This document shows positions 9,607 through 20,329 of a stretch of 64,000 bases of DNA, piece after piece. The notes beneath the pieces were generated by a model. It was not told the DNA's origin and searched no databases. It saw only the letters and a list, made by a program, of their open reading frames with translations. Origin of the DNA: a virus; IMG/VR virus record IMGVR_UViG_3300015244_001866, positions 27,952 through 91,951 of that record. One strand, given 5' to 3'. How positions within the stretch are numbered: position 1 is the first letter of the stretch; each line of letters opens with the position of its first letter. A program made the position numbers and the translations under genes.

Positions 9607-12600
9607 ATGGCTAAACAGCTTATAAGAACATACACATTTGCACCAGGATCACCTGGCATTATTGTCATTCCTGGCAAATGGGATTTAAATCAAATTTTAC
9701 TGATAACTAACGCAACTCGCAATGTGTTTTTGTATAATTTTGCAGATGCTACCTATTCAGGCACCAGTGTGAGTTTCAGCAGAGCTAACAGTACTGCTTT
9801 TCCTACCACACTGAATAATACTGATGGACTAACAACTATTACCCTAACTGGTAATACATCAGCGCAGTCCGCTAGTGATAACCTCCAAATATTTGTAGAG
9901 CGCAATGAAGTAATTACTCGACCATGGCCCATGGGCACAGATGCGTTTGAACGTACTCGTGTTGCCGCCCCTAAGGCCATGATTGATGCTGACTTTGAAT
10001 ACGGACTGCAACCCACTAAATGGCAAACGCTTGAAACTTTAAGAAATTATCCAAGTTTCTATGAAGTTCCAGGAACTGAAATTTCAAACATTTCAATCAC
10101 CACAAATGCATCGGGCGGCCCCACTGGCTCGGCTACCAGCGCTAGCTTAATAACCATAGTTACGCCTAGCCCGCACTATCTAACAGCTGGTACTGCAATT
10201 GCTGTCAAAGGCCTGCTCAGCGGCGTCACTGCCTTTAGTCGAGCAGAAGGTAGTTTCTTAATTAACACTGTGCCCAACGGTAATGCAATAACCTATTTTG
10301 CCAAGGGCAAAGTAGGCACAACCGACGGAGAAAGGCTGGACACTGTATATGCTCAAATTAGACGTGCGGCTCTATTTACTGGGTCGGCCATCAGCACAGG
10401 CACATTTAGTATCATTGGTGGCGGTGTTAGCTCGACTGCTACCATACAGGTAAGCTTCCCTACTGACCACGGCCTGTTTCCGGGTGCTACCATTTACACA
10501 CAGCTTAATAGCGACAACGGCAGTAACAATCACGTACTGGCACAAGGTTCATTTTTTGTAACTACAGTTACCAATACTTCAACCGTACAATACTCGGCCA
10601 GAGCCCCTGGAAGTATCACTGGAACTCCGATTGGCGTGGTATATGCTCGTCCGGACTGTTTCTTTCAACATAGACCATTTGACGGTGGAGTCCAACTCGG
10701 CACAGGCAATCCTACCTACATGACCAGTGCGGTACGTATGAGTAAAAAATACATACGTTACCAGTCAGGTAAGTCTATTAACTACAACACCGGCGCCCTA
10801 TTTGCTCCAAACTATGACATTAGAAGTATCACAGCCACTAATACCATTGTAGGTAGTACAGTGTTTGTGACCACAGATGATGTTGATCACGGCCTACAAC
10901 CCACTGCTGTAATACAGCTTCAAGGCGTAACAACCACCGGTTACAATGTCACTGCCACAGTGACCAGTGTTATTGATGAACGAACATTTACCTATATAAC
11001 TAACACTGCACTAAGTGCCACTACCGCAGTTCTTGGAACTCCTTGCTTGATGAGTCATGTGTCCTGGCATGGTTCAACTGTTCGTGCAGGCACATTTGAT
11101 GAACAAAATGGCATGTTCTGGCAATATGACGGTTCACAAATGGCCCTGGGACAGCGCACTAGTACGCTACAGACAGCAGGAACAATTACAGTTATACCAG
11201 ATTCAAATTTAATTGTTGGCCAAAACACTCGATTTACAGATCAATTAGTTGCGGGAGATCGTGTGGTAATTCGAGGAATGACACACTCAGTAAGTAAGGT
11301 TACCAGCGCCACTTGGTTAAGTGTAACGCCTGACTATAGAGGTATAACTACCAGCACTGGTGTAAAGATGCTTAAAACTAGAGATATTTTATATCCTCAA
11401 AACCAATGGAATCTTGATCGTTGCGACGGTACCAATGGAGTATATAATCCCAGTGGATACCTATTACTGCCCAATAAAATGCAGATGATTGGCATGCAAT
11501 GGACATGGTACGGTGCTGGATTTATTGACTGGATGCTACGGGGCCCAGACGGAAATTACCTCACTGTACATCGCCAAAAAAACTCTAACGTTAATACCGA
11601 GGCCTATATGCGTTCCGGTAACATGCCTGTGCGCTACGAAGTTATCAATGAAGGGGCACGTAGTCAAATTACTACAGATATAAGTTCGGCCGCAGTTGCC
11701 ATGACTGTTACTGATGTTACCTATTTTCCTAACACTGGTACTGTGTATATTGATAACGAGCTAATATCTTTTACAGGTAAGAATACTACCACTAGTCAAT
11801 TAACTGGTCTAACTCGCGGAACTACATTGGGCTTATATGCAGGTGGCACAACTAGGACATTTTCAGCAGCCGGTGCTGTAGCACACACTACCAACACCGG
11901 AGTCATGCTGATAAGTCAAACTGCAACACCTACTATTAGTCACTGGGGTAGTGCTATGTTACAAGATGGCGGATTTGATGAGGATCGCGGTTATATCTTT
12001 AACTATCAAGCTAGTAACATCTCCGCCCAGCTACGAAAGACCACTGCATTTGCTATTCGATTAGCACCTAGTGTGAGTAACGCCCTAGTTGGTGATCTTG
12101 GACAGCGTGAATTGATTAATCGAGCACAGTTGTTATTGCAGAGTGTTGCGGTAACTGCAGGTGCTGCCGGAGCTAACCAAGCTATTGTAGTTGAGGGAGT
12201 ATTAAATCCCAGTAACTATCCAACAACAGCCACTAATATTGTTTGGAAAACATTAACTTCTGGCGGCCAACCTAGCTTTAGCCAAATTGCTGACGGTCGT
12301 GACATTGCATGGGACAATACGGCTACAATTCTTGGTGTGTCATTTACTGGTGTCGCCAACGTTACTGGCACAGTTACAGTATCAGTTAATACCACAGCCA
12401 CTATAAGGATTGGTGATTCTTTTGTATCAACTGGCACAGCAGGCGGAACAATTATTACAGCCATAGGGGCAGGGGTTTTAACGTTGAGTCAACCATTACC
12501 ATCTGCGGTTGGCGCTGGACAGTCTATAACCGTTACGAGAAACCAATTTGCAACTCCGGGTGAAACAATCTTCTCATTCATTAATAGTCCATCCGGAACT

Positions 12601-12765
12601 GATTCGTTAGATCTAAGTGCCCTGAAAGAATTAACAAACACACCATTAGGCGGAAGAGGAGCATTTCCTAATGGACCAGACGTATTGGCTATCAATGTTT
12701 ATGTTACACAGGGACAAAATATTCTCTCTAACCTAGTTCTACGTTGGGGTGAAGCACAGGCCTAA
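9607..12765 (+). CDS. Large virion structural protein (baseplate/fibre-associated; T4-like cyanophage-type)
   Basis: 1052 aa, Thr/Gly-rich and beta-type. Motifs 'MIDADFEYGLQPTKW' and 'WYGAGFI' and the C-terminal 'LRWGEAQA' are as I recall them from large myovirus structural proteins. GGAG SD and a TAAGTA promoter variant at 9576-9581. Confidence 0.6.
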   Translation: MAKQLIRTYTFAPGSPGIIVIPGKWDLNQILLITNATRNVFLYNFADATYSGTSVSFSRANSTAFPTTLNNTDGLTTITLTGNTSAQSASDNLQIFVERNEVITRPWPMGTDAFERTRVAAPKAMIDADFEYGLQPTKWQTLETLRNYPSFYEVPGTEISNISITTNASGGPTGSATSASLITIVTPSPHYLTAGTAIAVKGLLSGVTAFSRAEGSFLINTVPNGNAITYFAKGKVGTTDGERLDTVYAQIRRAALFTGSAISTGTFSIIGGGVSSTATIQVSFPTDHGLFPGATIYTQLNSDNGSNNHVLAQGSFFVTTVTNTSTVQYSARAPGSITGTPIGVVYARPDCFFQHRPFDGGVQLGTGNPTYMTSAVRMSKKYIRYQSGKSINYNTGALFAPNYDIRSITATNTIVGSTVFVTTDDVDHGLQPTAVIQLQGVTTTGYNVTATVTSVIDERTFTYITNTALSATTAVLGTPCLMSHVSWHGSTVRAGTFDEQNGMFWQYDGSQMALGQRTSTLQTAGTITVIPDSNLIVGQNTRFTDQLVAGDRVVIRGMTHSVSKVTSATWLSVTPDYRGITTSTGVKMLKTRDILYPQNQWNLDRCDGTNGVYNPSGYLLLPNKMQMIGMQWTWYGAGFIDWMLRGPDGNYLTVHRQKNSNVNTEAYMRSGNMPVRYEVINEGARSQITTDISSAAVAMTVTDVTYFPNTGTVYIDNELISFTGKNTTTSQLTGLTRGTTLGLYAGGTTRTFSAAGAVAHTTNTGVMLISQTATPTISHWGSAMLQDGGFDEDRGYIFNYQASNISAQLRKTTAFAIRLAPSVSNALVGDLGQRELINRAQLLLQSVAVTAGAAGANQAIVVEGVLNPSNYPTTATNIVWKTLTSGGQPSFSQIADGRDIAWDNTATILGVSFTGVANVTGTVTVSVNTTATIRIGDSFVSTGTAGGTIITAIGAGVLTLSQPLPSAVGAGQSITVTRNQFATPGETIFSFINSPSGTDSLDLSALKELTNTPLGGRGAFPNGPDVLAINVYVTQGQNILSNLVLRWGEAQA

Positions 12766-12773
12766 AATTTGGG

Positions 12774-12779
12774 TAAATA
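12774..12779 (+). promoter_or_regulatory. Late promoter core TAAATA
   Basis: Intergenic TAAATA directly after the stop at 12765. Confidence 0.55.
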
Positions 12780-12866
12780 CTCTAAAAGCGGAGCAAATAC
12801 AATGGCCAAGGCCTACAGTTGGTTACAATCTAATAAAATTCACACTCTCCTAGTGGAGTGCGACCT

Positions 12867-14981
12867 ATGACCATTGCACAAGATATCAGTTTTATACTCA
12901 ATACTGGTACGGTAAACAGCGTTTCTTTGGGTTGTTGCTCACTAGGCGCTGCCTCAAGTGGTTGCAATAACGTTGCTATTGGCGTTTGTTCTCTATCAAC
13001 TAACACTGCTGGGTCAAATAATATTGCACTTGGCCAATGCGCCCTAAAATCAAATACCGCTGGTTGCAGTAACATTGCACTTGGCTTGAGTAATCTCTTC
13101 TCAAATACCACTGGCTGCAATAACATTGCAATTGGCCATTGTTCTCTTTATTCAAATACCATAGGTGCATTGAACATTGCTATCGGGTGCGAGGGCATGT
13201 TCTGCAATACCACCGGCTTTGGTAATATTGCTGTTGGACATTGTACTCTTCGATTTAATAACAGTGGTAGTCAAAATCTTGCTTTAGGTGCTCTGGCACT
13301 GCGTGCCAACACCTACGGCGATAAAAATATTGCCATAGGTGGTCTTGCCCTAAGATCAAATACCACCGGCAACCATAATATTGCCATGGGCTACGGAGCC
13401 CTCTACGGAAATACTACTGGTGGATTGAACATTGCTATTGGTTGTTGTGCAATGCGGACAGGTAGTAGCGGCAACTCAAATATTGCCATTGGCTACGGTA
13501 GTAACTTCTGCAACACTTACGGAAGTTGCAACATCAGCATTGGTCATTGCACCTTGTTCCGTAACAGAACTGGGTGTAATAACGTTGCAATTGGATGTCT
13601 TACTTTACAAGGCAACTCAGGCGGCTATAATAATATAGGCATTGGCGCCTGCGCCATTCAATCTAATACCACCGGCTACGGCAACATTGCAATTGGTGAT
13701 GGCGCTCTGGGCGGTGCTGGTGCTGGATTAGCTCTTAATTCACGCAATACAGTGATTGGTACGAACGCCATGAGAAGAACTACCTGTAACTGTAATAACG
13801 TGGCGGTCGGGTTTGCGGCTTTCTTTTGTAACACTACAGGATGTGGTAATACAGCCATAGGGACCTCCGCTCTTTGTTTTAATACCAGCGGTCTGTGTAA
13901 CATTGCTATAGGAAATGGAGCAGCCCTCTGTACGACCATTGGGTCTTATAATGTTGTTATAGGAAGTACCACCAGTGTAGAAATTGCCACTAGTAATTGT
14001 TATGTGGTCCTAGCTGATGGTGCTGGAACAGTTCGACAAGTATGGTCAGGTACCGGTGCTCTAAGCATAGGCCCAACTTATACTAATTTTGGTACTGCTG
14101 GACAAGTCTTGTGCAGTAACGGTCCCATGAGTCCTCCTGCTTGGGCCACTGTGGCCAGTTCTGGTGGAGGTAGTGCCGCTGGTAATTTTGTTGAAGCTGG
14201 CCTATTCAGTACCAGTGTGAGCAATCAAGTAGGTTATTCAGTACCAGGCGACTCTTTTACCACAACCTATATTACCACAGGTACAGGCATTATTGCCACC
14301 ATGCCCAGCACTACAGGCACTAGATATATCATACACAGCCTGCACATTACAAATACTGCGGCCAGTGATGCTGAAATTACGGGCAGATTTGAACATACTA
14401 TGGGCACTGGCGGGTCAAGCTCAACCTCAATAACTATTGATCACGTTAGTTTCTTTGCCAGCAGACTACCTGTACCCAGCGGATCAGCAGTTGAACTGTT
14501 TAAGAAACCACAAATTTTATATCCTAACGATATTGTAAGACTACAGGCCACCAGCGCCAACGGTGGCGGTGGTGTTAATAATCAACTTTTTGCCTATATG
14601 ATCTATGAGTCATCTACAGACTACACTTATCAATCAGGCAACTATAATCTAGCCAGTGCCAGCCCCGCTAATATATACACCAGCCAACTAAGCACTGGTA
14701 CCACCACAGCCACAGCCTATCCCAGCATTATTGAAAGTGTGCGAGTAACCAACTATTCCAACGTGGCTGACTATAGGATTACAGTATTTTGGACTAACTC
14801 TGCAAACGTAATTCAAAGTTATTTGGCCTACAACATGTTAATACCCGCATATTCTACAGTTGAAATACTTGAAAAAGTAAAACGCATAACCTCAGGCGAT
14901 ATCATTAAGGCCGTTCCCGAAGCTCCTAACGTGCTAAGTATTCAAGTTAGCAGTAAGATACTTACTTCTACCTTTATTTAA
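12867..14981 (+). CDS. Tail-fibre-like protein: Cys-rich NIAIG repeats, joint module and a duplicated C-terminal beta domain
   Basis: ATG 12867 (MTIAQDISF, compare MTIAFNLAT at 34059) with GGAG at 12854-12857 is a more likely start than GTG 12858. It shares the VWSGTGALS..PPAWATV module with 2082-9569. Two similar C-terminal units ('IIHSLHITN..PSGSAVELFKKP' and 'IIESVRVTN..PAYSTVEILEKV'). Confidence 0.75.
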   Translation: MTIAQDISFILNTGTVNSVSLGCCSLGAASSGCNNVAIGVCSLSTNTAGSNNIALGQCALKSNTAGCSNIALGLSNLFSNTTGCNNIAIGHCSLYSNTIGALNIAIGCEGMFCNTTGFGNIAVGHCTLRFNNSGSQNLALGALALRANTYGDKNIAIGGLALRSNTTGNHNIAMGYGALYGNTTGGLNIAIGCCAMRTGSSGNSNIAIGYGSNFCNTYGSCNISIGHCTLFRNRTGCNNVAIGCLTLQGNSGGYNNIGIGACAIQSNTTGYGNIAIGDGALGGAGAGLALNSRNTVIGTNAMRRTTCNCNNVAVGFAAFFCNTTGCGNTAIGTSALCFNTSGLCNIAIGNGAALCTTIGSYNVVIGSTTSVEIATSNCYVVLADGAGTVRQVWSGTGALSIGPTYTNFGTAGQVLCSNGPMSPPAWATVASSGGGSAAGNFVEAGLFSTSVSNQVGYSVPGDSFTTTYITTGTGIIATMPSTTGTRYIIHSLHITNTAASDAEITGRFEHTMGTGGSSSTSITIDHVSFFASRLPVPSGSAVELFKKPQILYPNDIVRLQATSANGGGGVNNQLFAYMIYESSTDYTYQSGNYNLASASPANIYTSQLSTGTTTATAYPSIIESVRVTNYSNVADYRITVFWTNSANVIQSYLAYNMLIPAYSTVEILEKVKRITSGDIIKAVPEAPNVLSIQVSSKILTSTFI

Positions 14982-14990
14982 AGGTCAATA

Positions 14991-15647
14991 ATGAGTTTAA
15001 TGATAGCATTACCCTGTTACGGTGGACAGGTTTCCGAAAAAACTACCAGCGGGTTGTTCAATTTAGGTAAAATGTTAGTAAGGAATGATATTCCCCACGG
15101 CCTACTGACACTGGCAAATTCAAGTTTAATATCGCAGGGCCGCAGTAAGATAGCCAATTTTTTTGTAAATAATACTGACTATGATTATCTGTTCTTTTTA
15201 GACAGTGACATAGGCTTTGATCCTAGCGATGTATTAAAATTAATGCATCTAGGAAAGACAATCAGCTGTGCGGCCTATCCTATGAAAACTATACCCGTTA
15301 GATACAATTATACACTCAGTCGTCCGGAACAACGTGACGGAGGTCTAGTCAAAATTGACAGCATGGGTCTAGGTTTTGCCATGATTCATCGACGGGTATT
15401 TTTAGACATTGCTAGAAAATACGGAGAAGAATTATTCTATATACCAGATGATGGTTCTAGCAATGTACCTCACACACAAGAAGAAAAGACCAATAGCTAT
15501 CATTACTTTTTAGAAATGCGTAACAGCACTGGTTATATGGCTGAAGATATCAGCTTTTTTACTCGAGCAAGTTCAGTAGGACATGATGCATGGTTAGACA
15601 CTGAGATTGAATTGTGCCATATTGGCAATCACGTTTTTAGAGCATAA
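14991..15647 (+). CDS. GT-A-fold glycosyltransferase-like protein
   Basis: 'IALPCYGG', DxD motif 'LFFLDSDIGF', 'GLGFAMIHR', 'AEDISF', 'LCHIG'. Paralogue of 39454-40209. Confidence 0.7.
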   Translation: MSLMIALPCYGGQVSEKTTSGLFNLGKMLVRNDIPHGLLTLANSSLISQGRSKIANFFVNNTDYDYLFFLDSDIGFDPSDVLKLMHLGKTISCAAYPMKTIPVRYNYTLSRPEQRDGGLVKIDSMGLGFAMIHRRVFLDIARKYGEELFYIPDDGSSNVPHTQEEKTNSYHYFLEMRNSTGYMAEDISFFTRASSVGHDAWLDTEIELCHIGNHVFRA

Positions 15648-15652
15648 CAACT

Positions 15653-18600
15653 ATGGGGCAACGGGGAGCATTTATACTTGGCCAGGTGCATAACAAACAG
15701 TTAAGCACATATACTCAACTTACATCTGGTGAAGGCACTATTGGAAATACTGGTACTTTATATACCAGTATCAACACTTGGGATCTTGGAAACTCTGGTA
15801 CCTACGGATGGTGGGGTAGTGGCACAGCGGCGCCGGTTCCTACTACTGTTAGTACAGTAGACCGAATAGATTTTGCCAATGATAGTCCTACTAGTTCTAG
15901 CGTTCGTGGACCACTAACTTCAACAAGATATGCTATTGCAGCCGCAGGCAACGCCAACTACGGATGGTTTAGCGGTGGCTATACGCCATCCGCACCTACC
16001 AGCGACGTTCAAAGAATTGACTATGCTAATGATAGTCCTGTTAGTTCCAGTCTTCGTGGCAACCTATTAATAAACAATACTCGACATGGCGCCGTAAGCA
16101 ATGCTAATTATGTTTGGTGGGGAGGGGGTCGCACACCGGCCGGGAAATCAAGTGTTTATCGACTAGATGTTGCTAATGACAGTCCCACTTCTCCTACCCA
16201 GCGAGGTCCTCTCTCTGCCGGGGGATATAATCTAGGATCAACTGGTAATGCCAACTATGGTTGGTTTGTTGGTCTAAACCCAAGTTACGATGGCACCGCT
16301 TCGTCTTTTGTGTGTCGAATAGACTACTCAAATGATAGTCCTGCTACTGGTAGTACTCGTAGTCCGTTAGCTTCAACAAGATATAAACGTTTTGCCGTTA
16401 GCAATGCCAACTATGGATGGTTTGGTGGTACTGTAAATATCTCAGCTAATACTACTACAGTAGAACGTATAGACTTTTCCAACGATAGCCCTACATCAGG
16501 TAGCATTCGTGGACCTCTTAGCGCGGTATCGTATCATAGTGGTGCAAGTAATGCCAACTATGGATGGTTTGGGGGAGGACTCGGATATCTCCCAGGTGTT
16601 GCCCATGTCAGTACTGTTGATCGTCTAGATTTTGCCAATGATACCGCAACCGGTAGTATAAGAGGTCCGCTAAGTGTAGCAAAAAGAGGAGGATCTCAAT
16701 CTTCTACCTCAAACTATGTTAAAACAACATCTCCGAACCTACAATATCCTACACAGGCGCTGGGATCCAATCAACCTGTGGCAGGCTATGGTTGGTATGG
16801 GGGTGGATCTAATGCTGGCTCTACTGGTGCAGTGTCTTATGTAGACCGTATAGACTTTTCCAACGATAGTCCTACCACAACTAGTGCTCGTGGATTCTTA
16901 AGTGCTGTTAGGGTTAGCATGGGGGCCACTGGCAATGCCAACTATGGGTGGTTTGGCGGCGGTAGCGGGAATCCAACCACTACAAAACTTAGTTCCGTAA
17001 ACCGCATAGACTACTCAAACGATAGTCCTACTTCAGGCAGCCCCCGTGGATTTTTAAGTGTAGCTAGGTCGAATTTGTCGGCCACTGGCAATGCCAACTA
17101 TGGTTGGTGGGTTGGTGGCTTTCTTCCTGCTCCTAGCGTTGGAACTAGTTATGTTGATCGTATAGATTTTTCAAACGACAGTCCTACTACTGCCAGCCCC
17201 CGCGGTCCGTTAGGTGTAGCAACTATATATTCAACAGCTGCCACAGGCAATGCTAATTATGGTTGGTTTATGGGCGGATATACCAGTCAAGTGCATAGAA
17301 TTGACTTTAGTAATGATAGTCCTGCTACGTCAAGTTTAAGGGGGTTGATGCCTGCGGTATACGGAAATCGAGCCGCTACAGGAAATGCAAATTATGGATG
17401 GTTTGCTGGCGGAGCACAACCAGGCGCAGTAAGTACAGTCAATCGTATAGATTTTAGCAATGACAGCCCCACTGCCGCCAGCATTAGAGGTCTGTTAAGT
17501 TCAGCCCGACAGCAACTAAGTGCCGCTGGTAATGCCTACTATGGTTGGTTTAGTGGAGGTGTACCTCCGGCTGGCGTTAGTACTGTTGACCGTATAGATT
17601 ACAGTAATGATAGCCCAACAAGCGCCAGCCCTCGTGGATTCCTAAGTAGTGCTAGGTATGGTCACGGAGGTACTTCAAACTATGTAAAACCCAGTATTGG
17701 TCAAATTAAACTGGCTGATCCGTTTGTCGGCGGTGGCGGCCCCACTGTAGGTACCTACGGATGGTGGGGCGGTGGTTCAGCAAACCCAGTACCCAGCATA
17801 ACCAGTATTATAGATCGTATAGATTGGGCCAATGACAGCCCTGCCACTGCCAGTGTTCGTGGTCCGATGATTTCAGCTCGCTATCACTTTGCTGCCGCAG
17901 GAAACGCCAACTATGGATGGTTCGCAGGCGGAATGGCGCCAAGCGATACCAGTAATATTCAAAGAATTACCTATGCCAACGATAGTCCCGGTGCATCTGA
18001 AACTCGAGGCCCCCTACCGGTGAATAATAGTCGTTTTACCGCTGTGAGTAATGCAAACTATGTTTGGTTTGCTGGGGGACAAAATGGTGCGTTGTCAAGC
18101 GTCCATCGATTAGATGCTTCAAATGATAGTCCAACAAGCGCCAGTATTCGTGGTCCTCTTTCTGCCGTTGGATATAATCTAGGATCAACTGGCAATAGTA
18201 ACTATGGGTGGTTTGCTGGTGTTGGCTCCGGCGTAAGGTCCACGGTCAACCGTATAGACTATTCAAATGACAGTCCAACAAGCGCCAGCATTCGTGGTCC
18301 TTTAGTTTCAGCTCGATATAAATTTGCTGCCGTATCTAATGCCAACTACGGATGGTTTGCTGGAGTTAATACTTTTACTGGTACACCTAGTACAATACAA
18401 CGTATAGATTTTGCCAACGACCTTGTCACATCTGTTCTTCGTGGAAATCTTACTGCTGGATCATATAAGAGTGCTTCAGGTAACGCCAACTACGGATGGT
18501 TTGGTGGTGGACTTGATGGATCATCTAACATTGTCAGTACTGTTGATCGTCTAGATTTTGCCAATGATTCTGCAACCGGTAGTGTAAGAGGTCCGCTAAG

Positions 18601-19651
18601 TGTAGCAAAAAGAGGAGGAAGTCAGAGTTCTACTTCAAATTATCTTAAAAATTCACCACAGGTTAATATTGCCCGATATTTCAAAGGCAGTGGTACAGCG
18701 GATAATTCTTCAGTATATACCTCTATTAACGTTGGTATCTACGGCTGGTTTGCTGGCGGCAACTCCCTTCTTTCTAGTATCAGTAGAATTGATTTTGCCA
18801 ATGACAGTCCTACCGTTGGCACAGCTCGCGGCATATTAAGTGTTAGTAGAGTCCGTCCAGGAAGTGCGGGTAATGCTAATTATGGGTGGTTTGGTGGTGG
18901 ATATACCTCAGGTAATGCGTCTCTAAGCACGGTTGATCGACTCGACTATGCCAATGATAGCCCTGCTACCAGTATTCGCGGTCAATTGACCATTGCCCGG
19001 CAGGCCCCAGGAGCTACTGGTAATGCCAATTATGGCTGGTTTATAGGAGGATTTGCCCCTGGTGCTCCTCTTACAAAAAGCAGTATAGATCGCATAGACT
19101 ATGCCAATGACAGCCCTACCTCGGCTGGTGCTAGGGGCCTACTACCACTACAGGCTTCGCAAGGCAGCGCCACAGGTAATGCTAACTATGGATGGTATGC
19201 TGGTGGCAATTCTGGAGGACCTGTTATCTTTGGTATGAGCATAGTCCAACGAATAGATTTTTCAAATGACAGTGCCACTGCTGTTTATCGAGGCCCGTTG
19301 AGTTCGACTAGATATGCGTTAGGAGCAACGGGCAATAGTAATTATGGCTGGTTTGCAGGCGGCACTGTTCCCGGACCTGCGCAAACAAGTAGGGTAGAAC
19401 GTATAGATTATTCCAACGATAGCCCTACGTTGGCTATGATTCGAGGACCATTAACTGCAACTAAAGTTTTAGGCGGAGTTGCAGGTAATGCTAATTATGG
19501 TTGGTTTGGCGGCGCACAAGTTCCTGGCGGACCTTTAAGTAATGTAGACCGCATAGATTACTCAAACGATAGCCCTACAAGTGCCAGTCCTCGTGGATTT
19601 TTAAACGTTGCAAGAGGAGAACCTGGCGCAACATCAAACTACGTACGATAA
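15653..19651 (+). CDS. Kelch-like repeat protein 1 (24 repeats; 4 x 6-blade beta-propeller), probable virion-surface or receptor-binding protein
   Basis: Repeat unit GNANYGWFxGG-(variable loop)-STVDRIDFSNDSPTSASxRGPLSxAR. Groups of six repeats are closed by 'TSNY(V/L)'. Confidence 0.75.
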   Translation: MGQRGAFILGQVHNKQLSTYTQLTSGEGTIGNTGTLYTSINTWDLGNSGTYGWWGSGTAAPVPTTVSTVDRIDFANDSPTSSSVRGPLTSTRYAIAAAGNANYGWFSGGYTPSAPTSDVQRIDYANDSPVSSSLRGNLLINNTRHGAVSNANYVWWGGGRTPAGKSSVYRLDVANDSPTSPTQRGPLSAGGYNLGSTGNANYGWFVGLNPSYDGTASSFVCRIDYSNDSPATGSTRSPLASTRYKRFAVSNANYGWFGGTVNISANTTTVERIDFSNDSPTSGSIRGPLSAVSYHSGASNANYGWFGGGLGYLPGVAHVSTVDRLDFANDTATGSIRGPLSVAKRGGSQSSTSNYVKTTSPNLQYPTQALGSNQPVAGYGWYGGGSNAGSTGAVSYVDRIDFSNDSPTTTSARGFLSAVRVSMGATGNANYGWFGGGSGNPTTTKLSSVNRIDYSNDSPTSGSPRGFLSVARSNLSATGNANYGWWVGGFLPAPSVGTSYVDRIDFSNDSPTTASPRGPLGVATIYSTAATGNANYGWFMGGYTSQVHRIDFSNDSPATSSLRGLMPAVYGNRAATGNANYGWFAGGAQPGAVSTVNRIDFSNDSPTAASIRGLLSSARQQLSAAGNAYYGWFSGGVPPAGVSTVDRIDYSNDSPTSASPRGFLSSARYGHGGTSNYVKPSIGQIKLADPFVGGGGPTVGTYGWWGGGSANPVPSITSIIDRIDWANDSPATASVRGPMISARYHFAAAGNANYGWFAGGMAPSDTSNIQRITYANDSPGASETRGPLPVNNSRFTAVSNANYVWFAGGQNGALSSVHRLDASNDSPTSASIRGPLSAVGYNLGSTGNSNYGWFAGVGSGVRSTVNRIDYSNDSPTSASIRGPLVSARYKFAAVSNANYGWFAGVNTFTGTPSTIQRIDFANDLVTSVLRGNLTAGSYKSASGNANYGWFGGGLDGSSNIVSTVDRLDFANDSATGSVRGPLSVAKRGGSQSSTSNYLKNSPQVNIARYFKGSGTADNSSVYTSINVGIYGWFAGGNSLLSSISRIDFANDSPTVGTARGILSVSRVRPGSAGNANYGWFGGGYTSGNASLSTVDRLDYANDSPATSIRGQLTIARQAPGATGNANYGWFIGGFAPGAPLTKSSIDRIDYANDSPTSAGARGLLPLQASQGSATGNANYGWYAGGNSGGPVIFGMSIVQRIDFSNDSATAVYRGPLSSTRYALGATGNSNYGWFAGGTVPGPAQTSRVERIDYSNDSPTLAMIRGPLTATKVLGGVAGNANYGWFGGAQVPGGPLSNVDRIDYSNDSPTSASPRGFLNVARGEPGATSNYVR

Positions 19652-19687
19652 TTTTTCACCGCTAGTGATACATCATTAAATAGCACT
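19652..19687 (+). promoter_or_regulatory. Conserved post-propeller junction 1 with late promoter TAAATA (19677-19682)
   Basis: TTTTT...CATCATTAAATAGCACT-ATGATG; very similar to 32107-32141. Confidence 0.7.
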
Positions 19688-20329
19688 ATGATGCTAGAAA
19701 AAAATATCATAGTTATAGATGATTTTCATGACAACCCCAGTGAAGTAAGACAATTTGCTCTTTCCAGAGAGTATCCTACACCTAAAAATCATACCTATCC
19801 CGGACTCAATAGTACCAGATCGTTAGATGGAATATATTATAATGACAAAATGCATGACCGAATACAGTCAGCTATAGGTCGCACCGTGATTCCCCAGTCT
19901 CCTGACAAAACTGGAGGAGACTGCGGATATTTTAGAATTAGTCTAGCCGCGGACAGTTTTGAACAAGACATACATGTTGATCCAGGCAGTGATTGGGGCG
20001 GAGTTTTATTCTTAAACATAGGCAGCCAATGCGATCCTGAATCTGGAACCAGCTTTTGGAGACACAAAAAATTTGGTTCAGAACGTGTGCCAATGACTCC
20101 AGAAGAAGGCAAGATCTATGGATACAGTGATTATGAAGAACTTAGATCTAACATTATCTACGGCGATGGTCTAGATCGAAGTCTATGGGATAGATATTGT
20201 TTTGTTCCTATGAAATATAATCGACTGGTTTTATTCAGTCCCTATCTATGGCACAGTCATGGAACCAACTTTGGCGACAGCATAGAAAATGGTCGCCTTG
20301 TACAACTATTTTTTTACTCATATGGATAA
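19688..20329 (+). CDS. 2OG-Fe(II) oxygenase-like protein (DUF6445-type)
   Basis: 'IIVIDDF.DNP..VR..AL', HxD in 'IHVDP', 'GTSFWRH', 'YNRLVLF', distal His in 'WHSH', and 'RLVQLFF'. Confidence 0.7.
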   Translation: MMLEKNIIVIDDFHDNPSEVRQFALSREYPTPKNHTYPGLNSTRSLDGIYYNDKMHDRIQSAIGRTVIPQSPDKTGGDCGYFRISLAADSFEQDIHVDPGSDWGGVLFLNIGSQCDPESGTSFWRHKKFGSERVPMTPEEGKIYGYSDYEELRSNIIYGDGLDRSLWDRYCFVPMKYNRLVLFSPYLWHSHGTNFGDSIENGRLVQLFFYSYG

